DNA of 39,032 nt from Promethearchaeota archaeon (GTDB lineage: Archaea > Asgardarchaeota > Lokiarchaeia > Sigyniarchaeales > SOKP01), in NCBI GenBank assembly GCA_016839765.1, contig JAEOTP010000040.1, positions 1 through 39,032 on the forward strand, given 5' to 3'. The position numbers and the translations under genes are program-made. The notes under the pieces are model-generated. The model made no database searches and was not told where the DNA came from. It saw only the letters and a list, made by a program, of their open reading frames with translations. Positions 1-9,286 of the stretch are shown piece by piece; within the stretch, counting starts at the first letter, position 1, and every line of letters starts with the position of its first letter.

Positions 1-75
1 AAAACTAATCCTTGATAGATCAACATCTGCAAAAAAAACTTTACTAATTCTACTTTTAAATTTAAATGTTGACAT
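1..75 (-). CDS. Possible 5' end of a gene running off the left edge (MSTFKFKSRISKVFFADVDLSRISF...)
   Basis: ATG at 75..73 and 25 open codons to the window edge; divergent from the phosphatase gene across a 100-bp AT-rich gap. Too short to assign. Confidence 0.35.
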   Translation of the reverse strand, partial: MSTFKFKSRISKVFFADVDLSRISF

Positions 76-175
76 CCTTGAGATTTAGGAATAATTGAAT
101 ATAATATGTTTTTAGTTATCCATTAATTTAATATTTATGTAAGAAAAATTAAAAAAAGTTGAATTATAAATAAGT

Positions 176-652
176 ATGTCTAAAATTAAGAATATACTTC
201 TTGTATGTGCTGGAAATACAGCACGTTCTCCTGCAGCTGAGTATTTGGCAAAATATTATGCTAAAAAATATAATGTGAACTTATATTTTGATTCTTGTGG
301 CTTTTTTAACGCCTTTTCTTATATGCAACCAGAATCTAGAGAATATTTAGAGTTGAAAGGGATAAAACCTTCAGATTTTAGGCCAAAGATTTTAAATAGA
401 ACTCTATTAGAAAAACAAGATTTAATAATAACAATGGAACAATCTCAATCAAACGATATTATCAGAAATTATCCACAAATCAGCGACATTGATAAAAAAA
501 CTTTTACATTGAAAGAATTTAATGATGATAAAGGCAATCTAGATATCATTGACCCTTATTACACAAGTTATACCGTCTATAAGAAAGTACTTAATACTAT
601 TGATACCAATATTGAGATCATGATAAAAAAAATAATAGAAATGAATAAATAA
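176..652 (+). CDS. Low-molecular-weight protein tyrosine phosphatase / ArsC-family protein
   Basis: P-loop VCAGNTARSPAAE (CX5R), DLIITME and general-acid loop DIIDPYY; 158 aa. Confidence 0.9.
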   Translation: MSKIKNILLVCAGNTARSPAAEYLAKYYAKKYNVNLYFDSCGFFNAFSYMQPESREYLELKGIKPSDFRPKILNRTLLEKQDLIITMEQSQSNDIIRNYPQISDIDKKTFTLKEFNDDKGNLDIIDPYYTSYTVYKKVLNTIDTNIEIMIKKIIEMNK

Positions 653-726
653 AGTTAATTTAGTGGATTTATGATATATTAAAATACTAAAAAAAATTAA
701 ATATCAATTGTTTAATTAAATATTTA

Positions 727-1260
727 ATGAACAAATTAACCTTTAATGATACTACTATAGAAATAGCCGTAAATGACATAGTTAACGCAGAATGCGATGC
801 TATAGTTATTCCTACTAATAGTAGGCTCTTACCTTCTGGAACAATAAGATGCAAAGTATTACGAAAAGCAGGTTCACAAGTACAAGTTGAATGTAATCGA
901 ATAATGCAAAAAATATCAAATATTTCTATGGGAGAAGTAGTTATAACATCTGGAGGAGATCTTAATTCAAAATTTATATTACATATTCGATCTGGTCATG
1001 ATAAAAAGAAATTAATTTTAGCAACCTGGAATTCATTAAAATTAGCTGATCAAAAAGAAAACATAAAGTCAATTTGTTTTCCTCCGATTTCATTAGAGGT
1101 TATTGGTTTCAATGCTCAAACTTGTGCTGAAATTATCCTCTCAACTATTAAAAAATATGTTTTGGAGAGGAATGTAAACATTAGAAATATTTCAATTTAT
1201 CTTGAAACTCTACCAGATTATAAAGAATTTGAAAAGACATTAGATAACTTGAATAAGTAA
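727..1260 (+). CDS. Macro domain protein (degenerate ADP-ribose-binding loops)
   Basis: DIVNAECDAIVIPTNSRL, GEVVITSGGDLNSKFILH and SICFPPIS match the Macro/A1pp pattern. Confidence 0.85.
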   Translation: MNKLTFNDTTIEIAVNDIVNAECDAIVIPTNSRLLPSGTIRCKVLRKAGSQVQVECNRIMQKISNISMGEVVITSGGDLNSKFILHIRSGHDKKKLILATWNSLKLADQKENIKSICFPPISLEVIGFNAQTCAEIILSTIKKYVLERNVNIRNISIYLETLPDYKEFEKTLDNLNK

Positions 1261-1272
1261 TATCTTTTTTAG

Positions 1273-1884
1273 TTATACTTTTTTTTTAAAAAAATCTTTA
1301 CCAGATAAAATTTTAAGCTCAGAAATCAACCAACAAACTTCTTCATAAGTTGATGATGATTTAAAGATTTCTTCTGTTTTCTTCTTAACTTCACCATCAG
1401 TTATTTTTTTTTCTCCTTTTGTTATAGATAATTGAAGCTTCGCAAGCTCTCTACATAATCCTTTATAACCTTTATTTTTCTGAGCGAGTTCATATGCTGC
1501 TAGACTTATTTCAGCAATTAGATCTGGTTCTATTCCTGCTTCGATAAGTTCTTTAGTATCCTCTATTTCTAATTCTAGTTCAGGGCGTTTTTCCACAGCT
1601 TCAGTTTTGGTTTTCCCACCTTTTAAAGCATCCATAATTGCTAAAAATCCTCCAAATTCATTATTTTGTTGAATTATTTGAATTTTAGCAGTATTTTCTC
1701 TTGACTGATTCAATAAATTTGCCTTTTTCAAACTTAAGTCTTTTTTCTTTTTAGATGCTTTTTTACCCTGCCACAAGTAAATCATTTTGTTCTCATCAAT
1801 GAGATAAACCCTACTACTGTCATTAAAATCAACTGCTGTAGTTTTTCTCAATGCACCATTTTCAGCAACATTATATAAGAGCAA
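1273..1884 (-). CDS. One-domain gelsolin-like protein with C-terminal helical extension (Asgard 1DGelX-like)
   Basis: LYNV..DFNDSSRVYLIDENKMIYLWQGKKAS..IQIIQQNNEFGGF is a gelsolin-repeat signature. The C-terminus has two similar helical units, AYELAQ..YKGLCRELAKLQL and TEEIF..YEEVCWLISELKIL. TTG start. Confidence 0.75.
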   Translation of the reverse strand: MLLYNVAENGALRKTTAVDFNDSSRVYLIDENKMIYLWQGKKASKKKKDLSLKKANLLNQSRENTAKIQIIQQNNEFGGFLAIMDALKGGKTKTEAVEKRPELELEIEDTKELIEAGIEPDLIAEISLAAYELAQKNKGYKGLCRELAKLQLSITKGEKKITDGEVKKKTEEIFKSSSTYEEVCWLISELKILSGKDFFKKKV

Positions 1885-1988
1885 TTATAGCACCAATAGA
1901 AAATCTATTTTGCTTTTTAGATTCTTTATTAATATATTAGAACTAATCAAATTTATTATTTAATTTTACAGAAAAAATAAAAAAGAAA

Positions 1989-3122
1989 TTATTGACATTT
2001 TTCTGGATTTAACTGACAAAATCTAAGAGACGATACTAAATCATCTTTGCCAATCAATCCTAGAATAAAATCGTCTCCATGTTCTTTTACTATAAGTAAT
2101 TGTGGTTTTGTCTCCATTTGTACAAATTTCTTCATAACCTGTTTTCCTGAATCATCATCGTAAATAGAAGGAAAATCATTTAATTTTCTCATCGTATATC
2201 CAACAATAAATTCTGATCTTTGCTCAACAGGAACTTTCTTAATATCATCAATATGGATAATTCCAATAATTAAGCCGTTTTTTATTACTGGAAAATATTC
2301 CTTTTTATATAGCATGAAAAATTGACTAATTGCTTCCAATAAAGTTAAATCAAAAGGTATTTCTAATCTTGGTACACTAATCATATCTTTTGCATTCAAG
2401 TGTGAAAGCCTTTCTTCATTTAAAACTTGAAGATATGATTGTCTTGTTTGATTATTTAGAAATGAACCAATGAGAATTAACCATATCCCGTTTAGTCCGA
2501 ATAATAGGAATTGTATAAAACCATAAGCTATGAGTCCATATGCGAAAAAAGTCCCAACTCTTGAGGCAGTTTTGGTAGCGGAAACTAAATCTTTACGTTT
2601 AGCCCATAGGGTTGCTCTTAAAATTCTACCACCGTCAACTGGAAACGCAGGCAATAGATTAAAAAGCCCTAAGCCTATATTAGAAATTCCAGAGTAAAAT
2701 AAAGTTATAGCTACTCCTAAAGGCAAACTAAGTGGAAGAGTATACAAGAATACTACTAATAAACCTCCAATTAATAAACTAGAGAGTGGTCCAACGGCAG
2801 AAATGATTATTTCACTCTTAGGTGTTCTAGGTTCTTCTTCAATCTTCGATGCTCCTCCGAATAAATATAGTTCAATCTCTTTAACTTTCAATCCATATCT
2901 TTGGGCTACAATAGAGTGAGCCAATTCATGAACTAAAATTGATGCTAATATGATTAATCCGTTAATTATTCCAACCAATAGTAGATCAATTAAAGATACG
3001 GTAGGAACCAATGTAGCATAAAAATTTGCAGCATAAAATCCCACTAAACCAATTATCAATAATGTACTTATACGTAATTTAATTTCTATTCCATAAATTT
3101 TACCGATTTTTATATTTAACAC
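1989..3122 (-). CDS. Site-2 protease (M50 zinc metalloprotease) with C-terminal CBS pair
   Basis: HELAH, LFGG and FNLLPAFPVDGGRILRA motifs with several TM segments; CBS-like FPVIKNGLIIGIIHIDDI. Confidence 0.93.
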   Translation of the reverse strand: MLNIKIGKIYGIEIKLRISTLLIIGLVGFYAANFYATLVPTVSLIDLLLVGIINGLIILASILVHELAHSIVAQRYGLKVKEIELYLFGGASKIEEEPRTPKSEIIISAVGPLSSLLIGGLLVVFLYTLPLSLPLGVAITLFYSGISNIGLGLFNLLPAFPVDGGRILRATLWAKRKDLVSATKTASRVGTFFAYGLIAYGFIQFLLFGLNGIWLILIGSFLNNQTRQSYLQVLNEERLSHLNAKDMISVPRLEIPFDLTLLEAISQFFMLYKKEYFPVIKNGLIIGIIHIDDIKKVPVEQRSEFIVGYTMRKLNDFPSIYDDDSGKQVMKKFVQMETKPQLLIVKEHGDDFILGLIGKDDLVSSLRFCQLNPEKCQ

Positions 3123-3452
3123 CTCAAAAATAAACCTTCTTATAAAATTTTAAAATAATTACAAAAAACCCCAATAGTGTTTTCTAATATAAACTACTAA
3201 ATAGGATATAAATTTCTATGTATTATTACGATAAATTAATTTTGCCCTTATGATTATAAATAAAAATATAATCTGATACTGCTCTTTTAGATAAAAACCT
3301 TAAAAATACGATTAATTTAAGAAAATTAATATAACTTTTAAGGAAATAGATCATCGTATTACCTTTTCAGATAAAGAAAATGTCAAAAGTTATAAAAAAA
3401 ATAAGATTTAATTATTTATTAAAATCTTAAATTAAAATTATATTAAAGAAGG

Positions 3453-4649
3453 TTGAAATTAAAAATGGTTGATGTAAAAAATGTATTAGTTCTAGGTGCT
3501 GGTTTAATGGGAAGTGGCATTGCTCAAGTATCTTTAATGGCAGGTTATAATGTTATTCTAGTAGATATAAAAGATGAATTTGTAGATAGGGGTTATGCTA
3601 AAATCGAGGAAGGTATGAAAAAGCTCGAAGCAAAAGGCGCTTTAGGAGGAGTAACTGCTGCAGATATTATGGTTAAATGCACAAAATCAATAGACTTAGC
3701 ATCTGCTGTCAAGAACGTTGATATGGTTATTGAAGCAGTAATAGAAAAAATGGATATTAAAAAGCAGGTCTGTAAGACAACAATGGATAATGGACCTTCA
3801 CATGTTATATTTGCAACAAATACCTCTACAATGAGCATTACGGAAATAGGTAAAGATTCAGGAGCACCGGATAGAGTATGTGGTATGCATTTCTTTAATC
3901 CTGTACCTTTAATGAGATGTATAGAAGTTATTAAGGGGGCTAACACATCAGATGACACATTTAATACTGCCATGGATTTTGCAGGTAAATTACCTTGCTT
4001 GAGGGGTCAAAGATATATTGCTCCTGTCTTAAAAGATAGACCCGGCTTTATTGTAAATAGAATGAATGCTCCAGTTATTATCTATTTGCACTGGGCTTTT
4101 GATGAAGCTGATAAACGAGGTATCCAATGGGAACGTTTAGATGCTGATGCGGGTGGTAAAATGCCAATGCCACCTTGTGTTTTGACAGATTTTACTGGTA
4201 TAGACACAAACTTTCATATTATGAATTATTATAAAGAAACTCTTTCTCCTGATTTTGAACCTGGAAAAGTTATAAAAGAATTAAATGAAAAAGGAGATTT
4301 AGGTCCAAAAACCGGAAAGGGATTTTACGATTGGAGCCAAGGAAGAGACTCAATTATGGAGAAAATTAAAAAAGCCGAACCAGCAGGCATATTTGATTTA
4401 AATACAATCTTTGCTATCATGTTAAATGAAGGCTGCCGTATCTTAGATGAAGGTATTTCAAGTGGTTTCAAAGTTATTGATGATGCAAACATGGCGGGAA
4501 TGAATGCACCAGGCCCTTTTGGTGCTGGAAAAAAGAACTATGAAGCATGGGCCAAGGTTTTAAACGATTTAGCCGACAAAACAGGTAAAGAATATTTTCG
4601 GCCCATAGACTTGATGAAATCTGGAGAATTCCTTAAAATGCGAAAGTAA
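3453..4649 (+). CDS. 3-hydroxyacyl-CoA dehydrogenase (NAD-binding domain plus duplicated C-terminal domain); true start may be ATG 3465
   Basis: GAGLMGSGIA, IEAVIEKMDIK, ATNTST, GMHFFNP, PGFIVNR, GPKTGKGFY; second C-domain LNEGCRILDEG..PGPF. Confidence 0.95.
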   Translation: MKLKMVDVKNVLVLGAGLMGSGIAQVSLMAGYNVILVDIKDEFVDRGYAKIEEGMKKLEAKGALGGVTAADIMVKCTKSIDLASAVKNVDMVIEAVIEKMDIKKQVCKTTMDNGPSHVIFATNTSTMSITEIGKDSGAPDRVCGMHFFNPVPLMRCIEVIKGANTSDDTFNTAMDFAGKLPCLRGQRYIAPVLKDRPGFIVNRMNAPVIIYLHWAFDEADKRGIQWERLDADAGGKMPMPPCVLTDFTGIDTNFHIMNYYKETLSPDFEPGKVIKELNEKGDLGPKTGKGFYDWSQGRDSIMEKIKKAEPAGIFDLNTIFAIMLNEGCRILDEGISSGFKVIDDANMAGMNAPGPFGAGKKNYEAWAKVLNDLADKTGKEYFRPIDLMKSGEFLKMRK

Positions 4650-4659
4650 TTTAATTAAT

Positions 4660-4685
4660 TCTTTAATTTTTTTTATTCTTTTTAA
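4660..4685 (+). terminator. T-rich archaeal-type terminator after the hydroxyacyl-CoA dehydrogenase gene
   Basis: Oligo-T tract (ctttaatttttttttattctttttt-like) ~10-35 nt after the stop codon. Confidence 0.4.
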
Positions 4686-4852
4686 TTGAAAAATTTATTT
4701 TGAAATTAAATTCTGTCCGATTTTTAAAATTTTTCTAAGAATGATTAAAATTTGAAAGTTTTTAATTTTAAAAATTATTTAACTATTTGTTTTAAAATAG
4801 AATATAATTAGATTGAAATAAGAAAAAATCGGATTAAAAAAAGGTTATTAAA

Positions 4853-5806
4853 ATGACGGAAGAGGCTAAATTTGAACATATAAAAATTGATTGGCCACCA
4901 TTGAAAGATGAAGAAGGAAATGTGATTCGCGAAGGAACCATTGATGGAAATTATGCTGTGATTTCAATTAATCGACCAGACAGATTAAATGCTTTAACTG
5001 AACAAACGGTCGCAGAAATTTCTCGAGCCCTCAGAATCATGGAAATGGATGGATCAATTCGAGCTGTAGTTTTGAGAGGCACGAAAGATTTTACAAAAAA
5101 GCCTGCTTTTTCGGCGGGTGCAGACCTCGCAGCAATGGTGGATCCAAGATTAAAAATGAATGTTCCCATGCATATGAGTATGGCAATGAGAATAAGACAT
5201 CGAGAGTACGACGAGATGGAACAATTTTCCAAACCTTTAATTGCTGCTGTAGATGGATTTGCTTTGGGCGGAGGATTCGAAATAGTTTTAACTTGCGATA
5301 TTGTTATTGCAAGTGATAGAGCCATTTTTGGGACACCAGAGATCCATCGTGGAATTTTTTCATCAAATGGAGGAGTTACAAGATTAACTGAAAGAATTGG
5401 ACTCAATAGAGCCTTGCGCGTAGGTTATTTTGGAGAACAATTTGATGCAAAAATTATGCTTGATTGGGGTTTGGTGACTTGGATGGCTCCTGCTGGAGAG
5501 GAATTCGAAAAACTAGTTCATGAAAAGGCAAAATGGCTCAGTGATGCTCCAACAACTGCTTTATTTATTATAAAGAAATGCGTCAAGTTTGGAACCCGAT
5601 ATCCACAATTAGGAATTATGATGGAGCAACTTGGTTTTGGCGTTAATAGCGCAAGTTTTGATTCTAAAGAAGGAATTGCGGCATTTAACAGGAAAGTCAG
5701 ATGTCCTGTCTGCAATGGTAAGGGCAAAATGGAAGATGGTAGTGCTTGTAAAAATTGTGGAGGAAGAAAAAGAATAAAGGACACTCCACACTTTAAAGGT
5801 CTTTAA
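4853..5806 (+). CDS. Enoyl-CoA hydratase/crotonase with a DnaJ-type Cys4 insert near the C-terminus
   Basis: INRPDRLNAL, AFSAGADL, KPLIAAVDGFALGGGFE and PEIHRG (both catalytic Glu present); CPVCNGKG...CKNCGG insert. Confidence 0.93.
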   Translation: MTEEAKFEHIKIDWPPLKDEEGNVIREGTIDGNYAVISINRPDRLNALTEQTVAEISRALRIMEMDGSIRAVVLRGTKDFTKKPAFSAGADLAAMVDPRLKMNVPMHMSMAMRIRHREYDEMEQFSKPLIAAVDGFALGGGFEIVLTCDIVIASDRAIFGTPEIHRGIFSSNGGVTRLTERIGLNRALRVGYFGEQFDAKIMLDWGLVTWMAPAGEEFEKLVHEKAKWLSDAPTTALFIIKKCVKFGTRYPQLGIMMEQLGFGVNSASFDSKEGIAAFNRKVRCPVCNGKGKMEDGSACKNCGGRKRIKDTPHFKGL

Positions 5807-5850
5807 TTAAGCTAAAATACTCTTTTTAAATTTTTTTTCTTTAAAAAATA

Positions 5851-6405
5851 ATGTGGCATGATATCAATATTGTAGAAGAAATTAATGATGGAACTCTTTT
5901 CTTAAGAAAAATATCTAAAGAAGATAATCATTTTTTTTATGAGAGCTTAAAGGATAAGAATATAACTGATTATTTATCTTTAGGTCCTTTAAGATCATTA
6001 GATCATTCAAAAAGTTTGATTAAAAATTATCTAAAGTATTGGGATAAATACATCCAATTCAATTACATAATAGAATTTAGAGAAGGTTCTAAACCTCTCA
6101 AGATTGGCTCTGTAAGTTTATGGAGCTTAAGTTGGCAGCACAAGAGAGCCGAAGTTGGAGTATGGCTTATTCCAAATTATTGGAAAAAAGGAATTGGTAA
6201 AAGCACTCTAGAAATGATAAAAAACATAGCATTTTCTCATCTTAAACTTAATCGGCTTCAAGCACATATCGCTTTAAAAAATTTAAGGTCAATAAATGCT
6301 TTTAGAAACTCTGGGTTTAGAGAGGAAGGAATTTTGAAAGAATATCTAAATTTGAATGGTAACTTTCATGATGCTATTATATTAGCATGTTTAAAGGAAG
6401 TTTGA
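5851..6405 (+). CDS. GNAT N-acetyltransferase, RimJ/RimL type
   Basis: RAEVGVWLIPNYWKKGIG, LKLNRLQA, NLRS..GFREEGILKE. Confidence 0.9.
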   Translation: MWHDINIVEEINDGTLFLRKISKEDNHFFYESLKDKNITDYLSLGPLRSLDHSKSLIKNYLKYWDKYIQFNYIIEFREGSKPLKIGSVSLWSLSWQHKRAEVGVWLIPNYWKKGIGKSTLEMIKNIAFSHLKLNRLQAHIALKNLRSINAFRNSGFREEGILKEYLNLNGNFHDAIILACLKEV

Positions 6406-6816
6406 CAATAAAGACCTTATTCCCTTAGATTTTAATACTTCTTCAAGATCATTTGAAAATGATTTAAAAATATTAATATTTCCATTAAAATCTATTAAAT
6501 AGCGCTTAAATTTGGCGATAAATTTATCAAAAATTTCCTGTGCTAACCGATCAATTGATTTTTTCCTCGTATTTTTATCATCCACTTTCACAATCAAATG
6601 ACATAGTTTTTCTGGATGAGTATAAAAATAAAATTCACTTTTATTTAATTTTAAAGTGACTAGACTTTCGCTAAAACGGTATTTAGTAAATCGACAAATT
6701 TGATCAAAATAACTAGCAATTAAGCGGTAATCATATTTCTCATTAAAATTACCGTCTAGTGTATGATTAAACAATGGAATTCCTGTATTAGATAAAATAA
6801 TGATTTCTTGGATCAA
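6391..6816 (-). CDS. Small longin-like domain protein
   Basis: MIQEIIILSNTGIPLF start, apparent beta-beta-alpha-beta-beta-beta-alpha-alpha pattern, and C-terminal F..KF....FNGNINIFKSF typical of archaeal longin/sedlin-like domains. TTG start; 3' end overlaps the GNAT gene by 15 nt. Confidence 0.7.
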   Translation of the reverse strand: MIQEIIILSNTGIPLFNHTLDGNFNEKYDYRLIASYFDQICRFTKYRFSESLVTLKLNKSEFYFYTHPEKLCHLIVKVDDKNTRKKSIDRLAQEIFDKFIAKFKRYLIDFNGNINIFKSFSNDLEEVLKSKGIRSLLSNFL

Positions 6817-6933
6817 TTTTATCCAGAAAAAATATTCATTTTTGCATATTTAATAATTTCTTAAATAAAGTATAGATCTTAGATAAAATTTAAAATAGTT
6901 ATTAATCCGCTAATACAAGAGATGAGTGAGAAA

Positions 6934-8091
6934 TTACCTTGTTTTTGTAAAATTTACTAATTTTTCTCTAATTTCTTTAAATTTATTTAGTGCTAATGAA
7001 AAATCTCCTTTATCTAATGCGCTTAATGCCTCTTTATTCATAGAAATAAGGTTTCCTCTGAGGTTTTCAAATTTATCATATGCTTCAATTTTAGATTCAA
7101 TATCTGCAATGTATTTAGAATATTTATCCACATAATTTAATTTTCCAATGAATCTTGATATTTTTATAATTTGCTTACAATTATTTATAGCGTCATTAAA
7201 TAAGAAATTTTTAATATTTTGTTCGATTAAATTCTCTAGGCTTTCGATATCTTTTATAAGTTTATTATACTTTTGTTCCGCATCAAGGATTGATCTCTCT
7301 TTAATTTTTAACTCTTTTTGATAATCAGGAAAGGATTTCTCTTCAATTATTTGGTTTATAGAATTTAATAATTTTTTAGCTTCATCAAATTTATACTCAT
7401 CTGTTAATTTTGTAATTTCTTCCATTGAATTTTCAATTTCCTCTCGAAAATCATAACTAGTCTTAAGTTCAGTAAACATAGCTTCCATTGTCCCCCATCG
7501 TTCCAATAAAGCAGTATTCTTAAGGTTTTTTAAAAGGGGTTTTGCTTTTTGGAGAGTTTCCCTTGATAATATTACGTTATTAGTGCTTAAATAACTTTCT
7601 AATTGTATTTCCAGCGGTTCTAATTGGCTTTTTATTTTATTTTGCTCAGTAGAATATCTATTCCAAATTTTCTGTTCTTCTTCAAATAATTCTTTTATTG
7701 ATAAGTTTGGACTTAATTCAATTATTTTATCATATTTTTGCTTGAATTTTTCAACTACTCCATGAGCTTCCTCAAATCTTTTATTATTAGATAATTCTTC
7801 AAATATAATTTTTAAATCTTCAAAATCGTCAACGATAAAAGATTTTTGGTCTTCTTTTTCAATAATTTGATATATATTGGTTATAAATTTTTCTTGTTCC
7901 CTTATTATAGAATTCATTTCAACTTTTTTTGCATGGTCAATAATTTCTTTTGCGGTTTTTATAGCATCATCATATTTGCCCATAAGGTAATGATTATTTG
8001 CAATTACCTTTAACTCGTCAATCTCTGAAATAATGATGATCTTTTTTTTCCTATCTTCCAATCTTTCTGGCTCTAAACTCATTAAAAACAC
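6934..8091 (-). CDS. Helical-repeat (TPR-like)/coiled-coil protein, paralog of the C-terminal part of 8104..9150
   Basis: All-alpha and charged, with repeated (Y/F)xxA units (KYDDAIK, RFEEAH, KFDEAKK, FNDAIN, DFSLAL). Confidence 0.65.
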   Translation of the reverse strand: MFLMSLEPERLEDRKKKIIIISEIDELKVIANNHYLMGKYDDAIKTAKEIIDHAKKVEMNSIIREQEKFITNIYQIIEKEDQKSFIVDDFEDLKIIFEELSNNKRFEEAHGVVEKFKQKYDKIIELSPNLSIKELFEEEQKIWNRYSTEQNKIKSQLEPLEIQLESYLSTNNVILSRETLQKAKPLLKNLKNTALLERWGTMEAMFTELKTSYDFREEIENSMEEITKLTDEYKFDEAKKLLNSINQIIEEKSFPDYQKELKIKERSILDAEQKYNKLIKDIESLENLIEQNIKNFLFNDAINNCKQIIKISRFIGKLNYVDKYSKYIADIESKIEAYDKFENLRGNLISMNKEALSALDKGDFSLALNKFKEIREKLVNFTKTR

Positions 8092-8103
8092 AAATAAAAA
8101 AAT

Positions 8104-9150
8104 TTATTCGATAAATTGTTCTAATCTATCAATAATTTCGTCATAAATATCTATAGCTTTTAATATATTACGTTTTTTAAGAAAGTTAAGTGCATTATCA
8201 TTTAATTCTTCAAGTTCTTTCTTTTTAAGTTCCTTTATTTTTAAATAATTATTCCTTAATGAATCCCACTTATTTGTTATCTCTTTATCAATTACTTTAT
8301 CTGTTAAACTTTTATTTTCTTCTAAAATTCTTTCTGCTTGATTTAATTTGTTAATTGATATTAAACTCTCTATTTCATTTTCTAACACATCAATTTTGGC
8401 TTTTAGTAATTGTTCTTCTTGCCTTAAATTATAAAGCATATTTTCATCTTTTAATAGCAATTCTTGGGCTACTGATATTGAAAGCAAGTTATAATCGCGT
8501 TCGTATTTTTTTCGGAACTCCATTACTATTTTATGAGCTTCTTTATATTCTTCAGCTTTATTTAAATTATCAAATATTTGCATTTTAATTCTACATTCAT
8601 TTTCAATTTGATCTATTACCTCTTTAGCTTTCGCTCTAGACTTTGCCTCTTCAATAAAATTGAGGAGATTTATTTCGAGAGACTTATCATCAATTTCTTT
8701 TGCTAATTCTATAATTTTTTGAGCAAAAATAATTGACTTTTCATATTTTTCTGAAATGAAATTTTTATCTGCCTCATCTTTTAATCGATTTATTCCAGAT
8801 AATACTGGGAGTAATTTTGTTTCTAATTCATTAAGATACTCCCTATACTTCTCTTCTGAAATTTCAATAGCTTCAAAAAATGCTAAAGGTTCAGAACCAA
8901 ATTCTACGGTGAAATTACGTAGGATTTTTAAATTAGGATAATCTCTTAGAAATATTTCTCGAATCGAAGGAATATGACTTTTTAATGACTGAGGAGCTTT
9001 TTTACTAATCCAAATATACATGCGTCTTTGATTTAAAAGATAAAAAGTTAAAATATCAAATAATGTGAAACTTGTTAATATATCTTCTTGCGAAATCTCT
9101 TCTAAATTTCCAGAATACGTTAATTTAAAGACTTTAATATTGTCAATCAA
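8104..9150 (-). CDS. Gelsolin-like domain fused to helical-repeat/coiled-coil region
   Basis: N-terminal IKVFKL..RRMYIWISKKAP..TVEFGSEPLAFFEAI matches the gelsolin-repeat (Y.W.G / EG.EP..F) pattern; remainder is helical repeats. TTG start. Confidence 0.65.
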   Translation of the reverse strand: MIDNIKVFKLTYSGNLEEISQEDILTSFTLFDILTFYLLNQRRMYIWISKKAPQSLKSHIPSIREIFLRDYPNLKILRNFTVEFGSEPLAFFEAIEISEEKYREYLNELETKLLPVLSGINRLKDEADKNFISEKYEKSIIFAQKIIELAKEIDDKSLEINLLNFIEEAKSRAKAKEVIDQIENECRIKMQIFDNLNKAEEYKEAHKIVMEFRKKYERDYNLLSISVAQELLLKDENMLYNLRQEEQLLKAKIDVLENEIESLISINKLNQAERILEENKSLTDKVIDKEITNKWDSLRNNYLKIKELKKKELEELNDNALNFLKKRNILKAIDIYDEIIDRLEQFIE

Positions 9151-9286
9151 TTATAATAGCACTTGAATGGATATATTTTTTAAAATATTAGATTTAGTAT
9201 AAAATTAGTTAGGTTCCAATAAAATTATTTGTTCTTCTGAAAATATGTTAATAAAAATAAATTTAAAAATAATTATATTATTTTTT

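Noticed and set aside
3593-5791. Antisense ORFs 3593..3973, 4951..5406, 5518..5784, 5609..5791
   Set aside because: Shadow frames fully inside well-supported opposite-strand genes, with no motifs.
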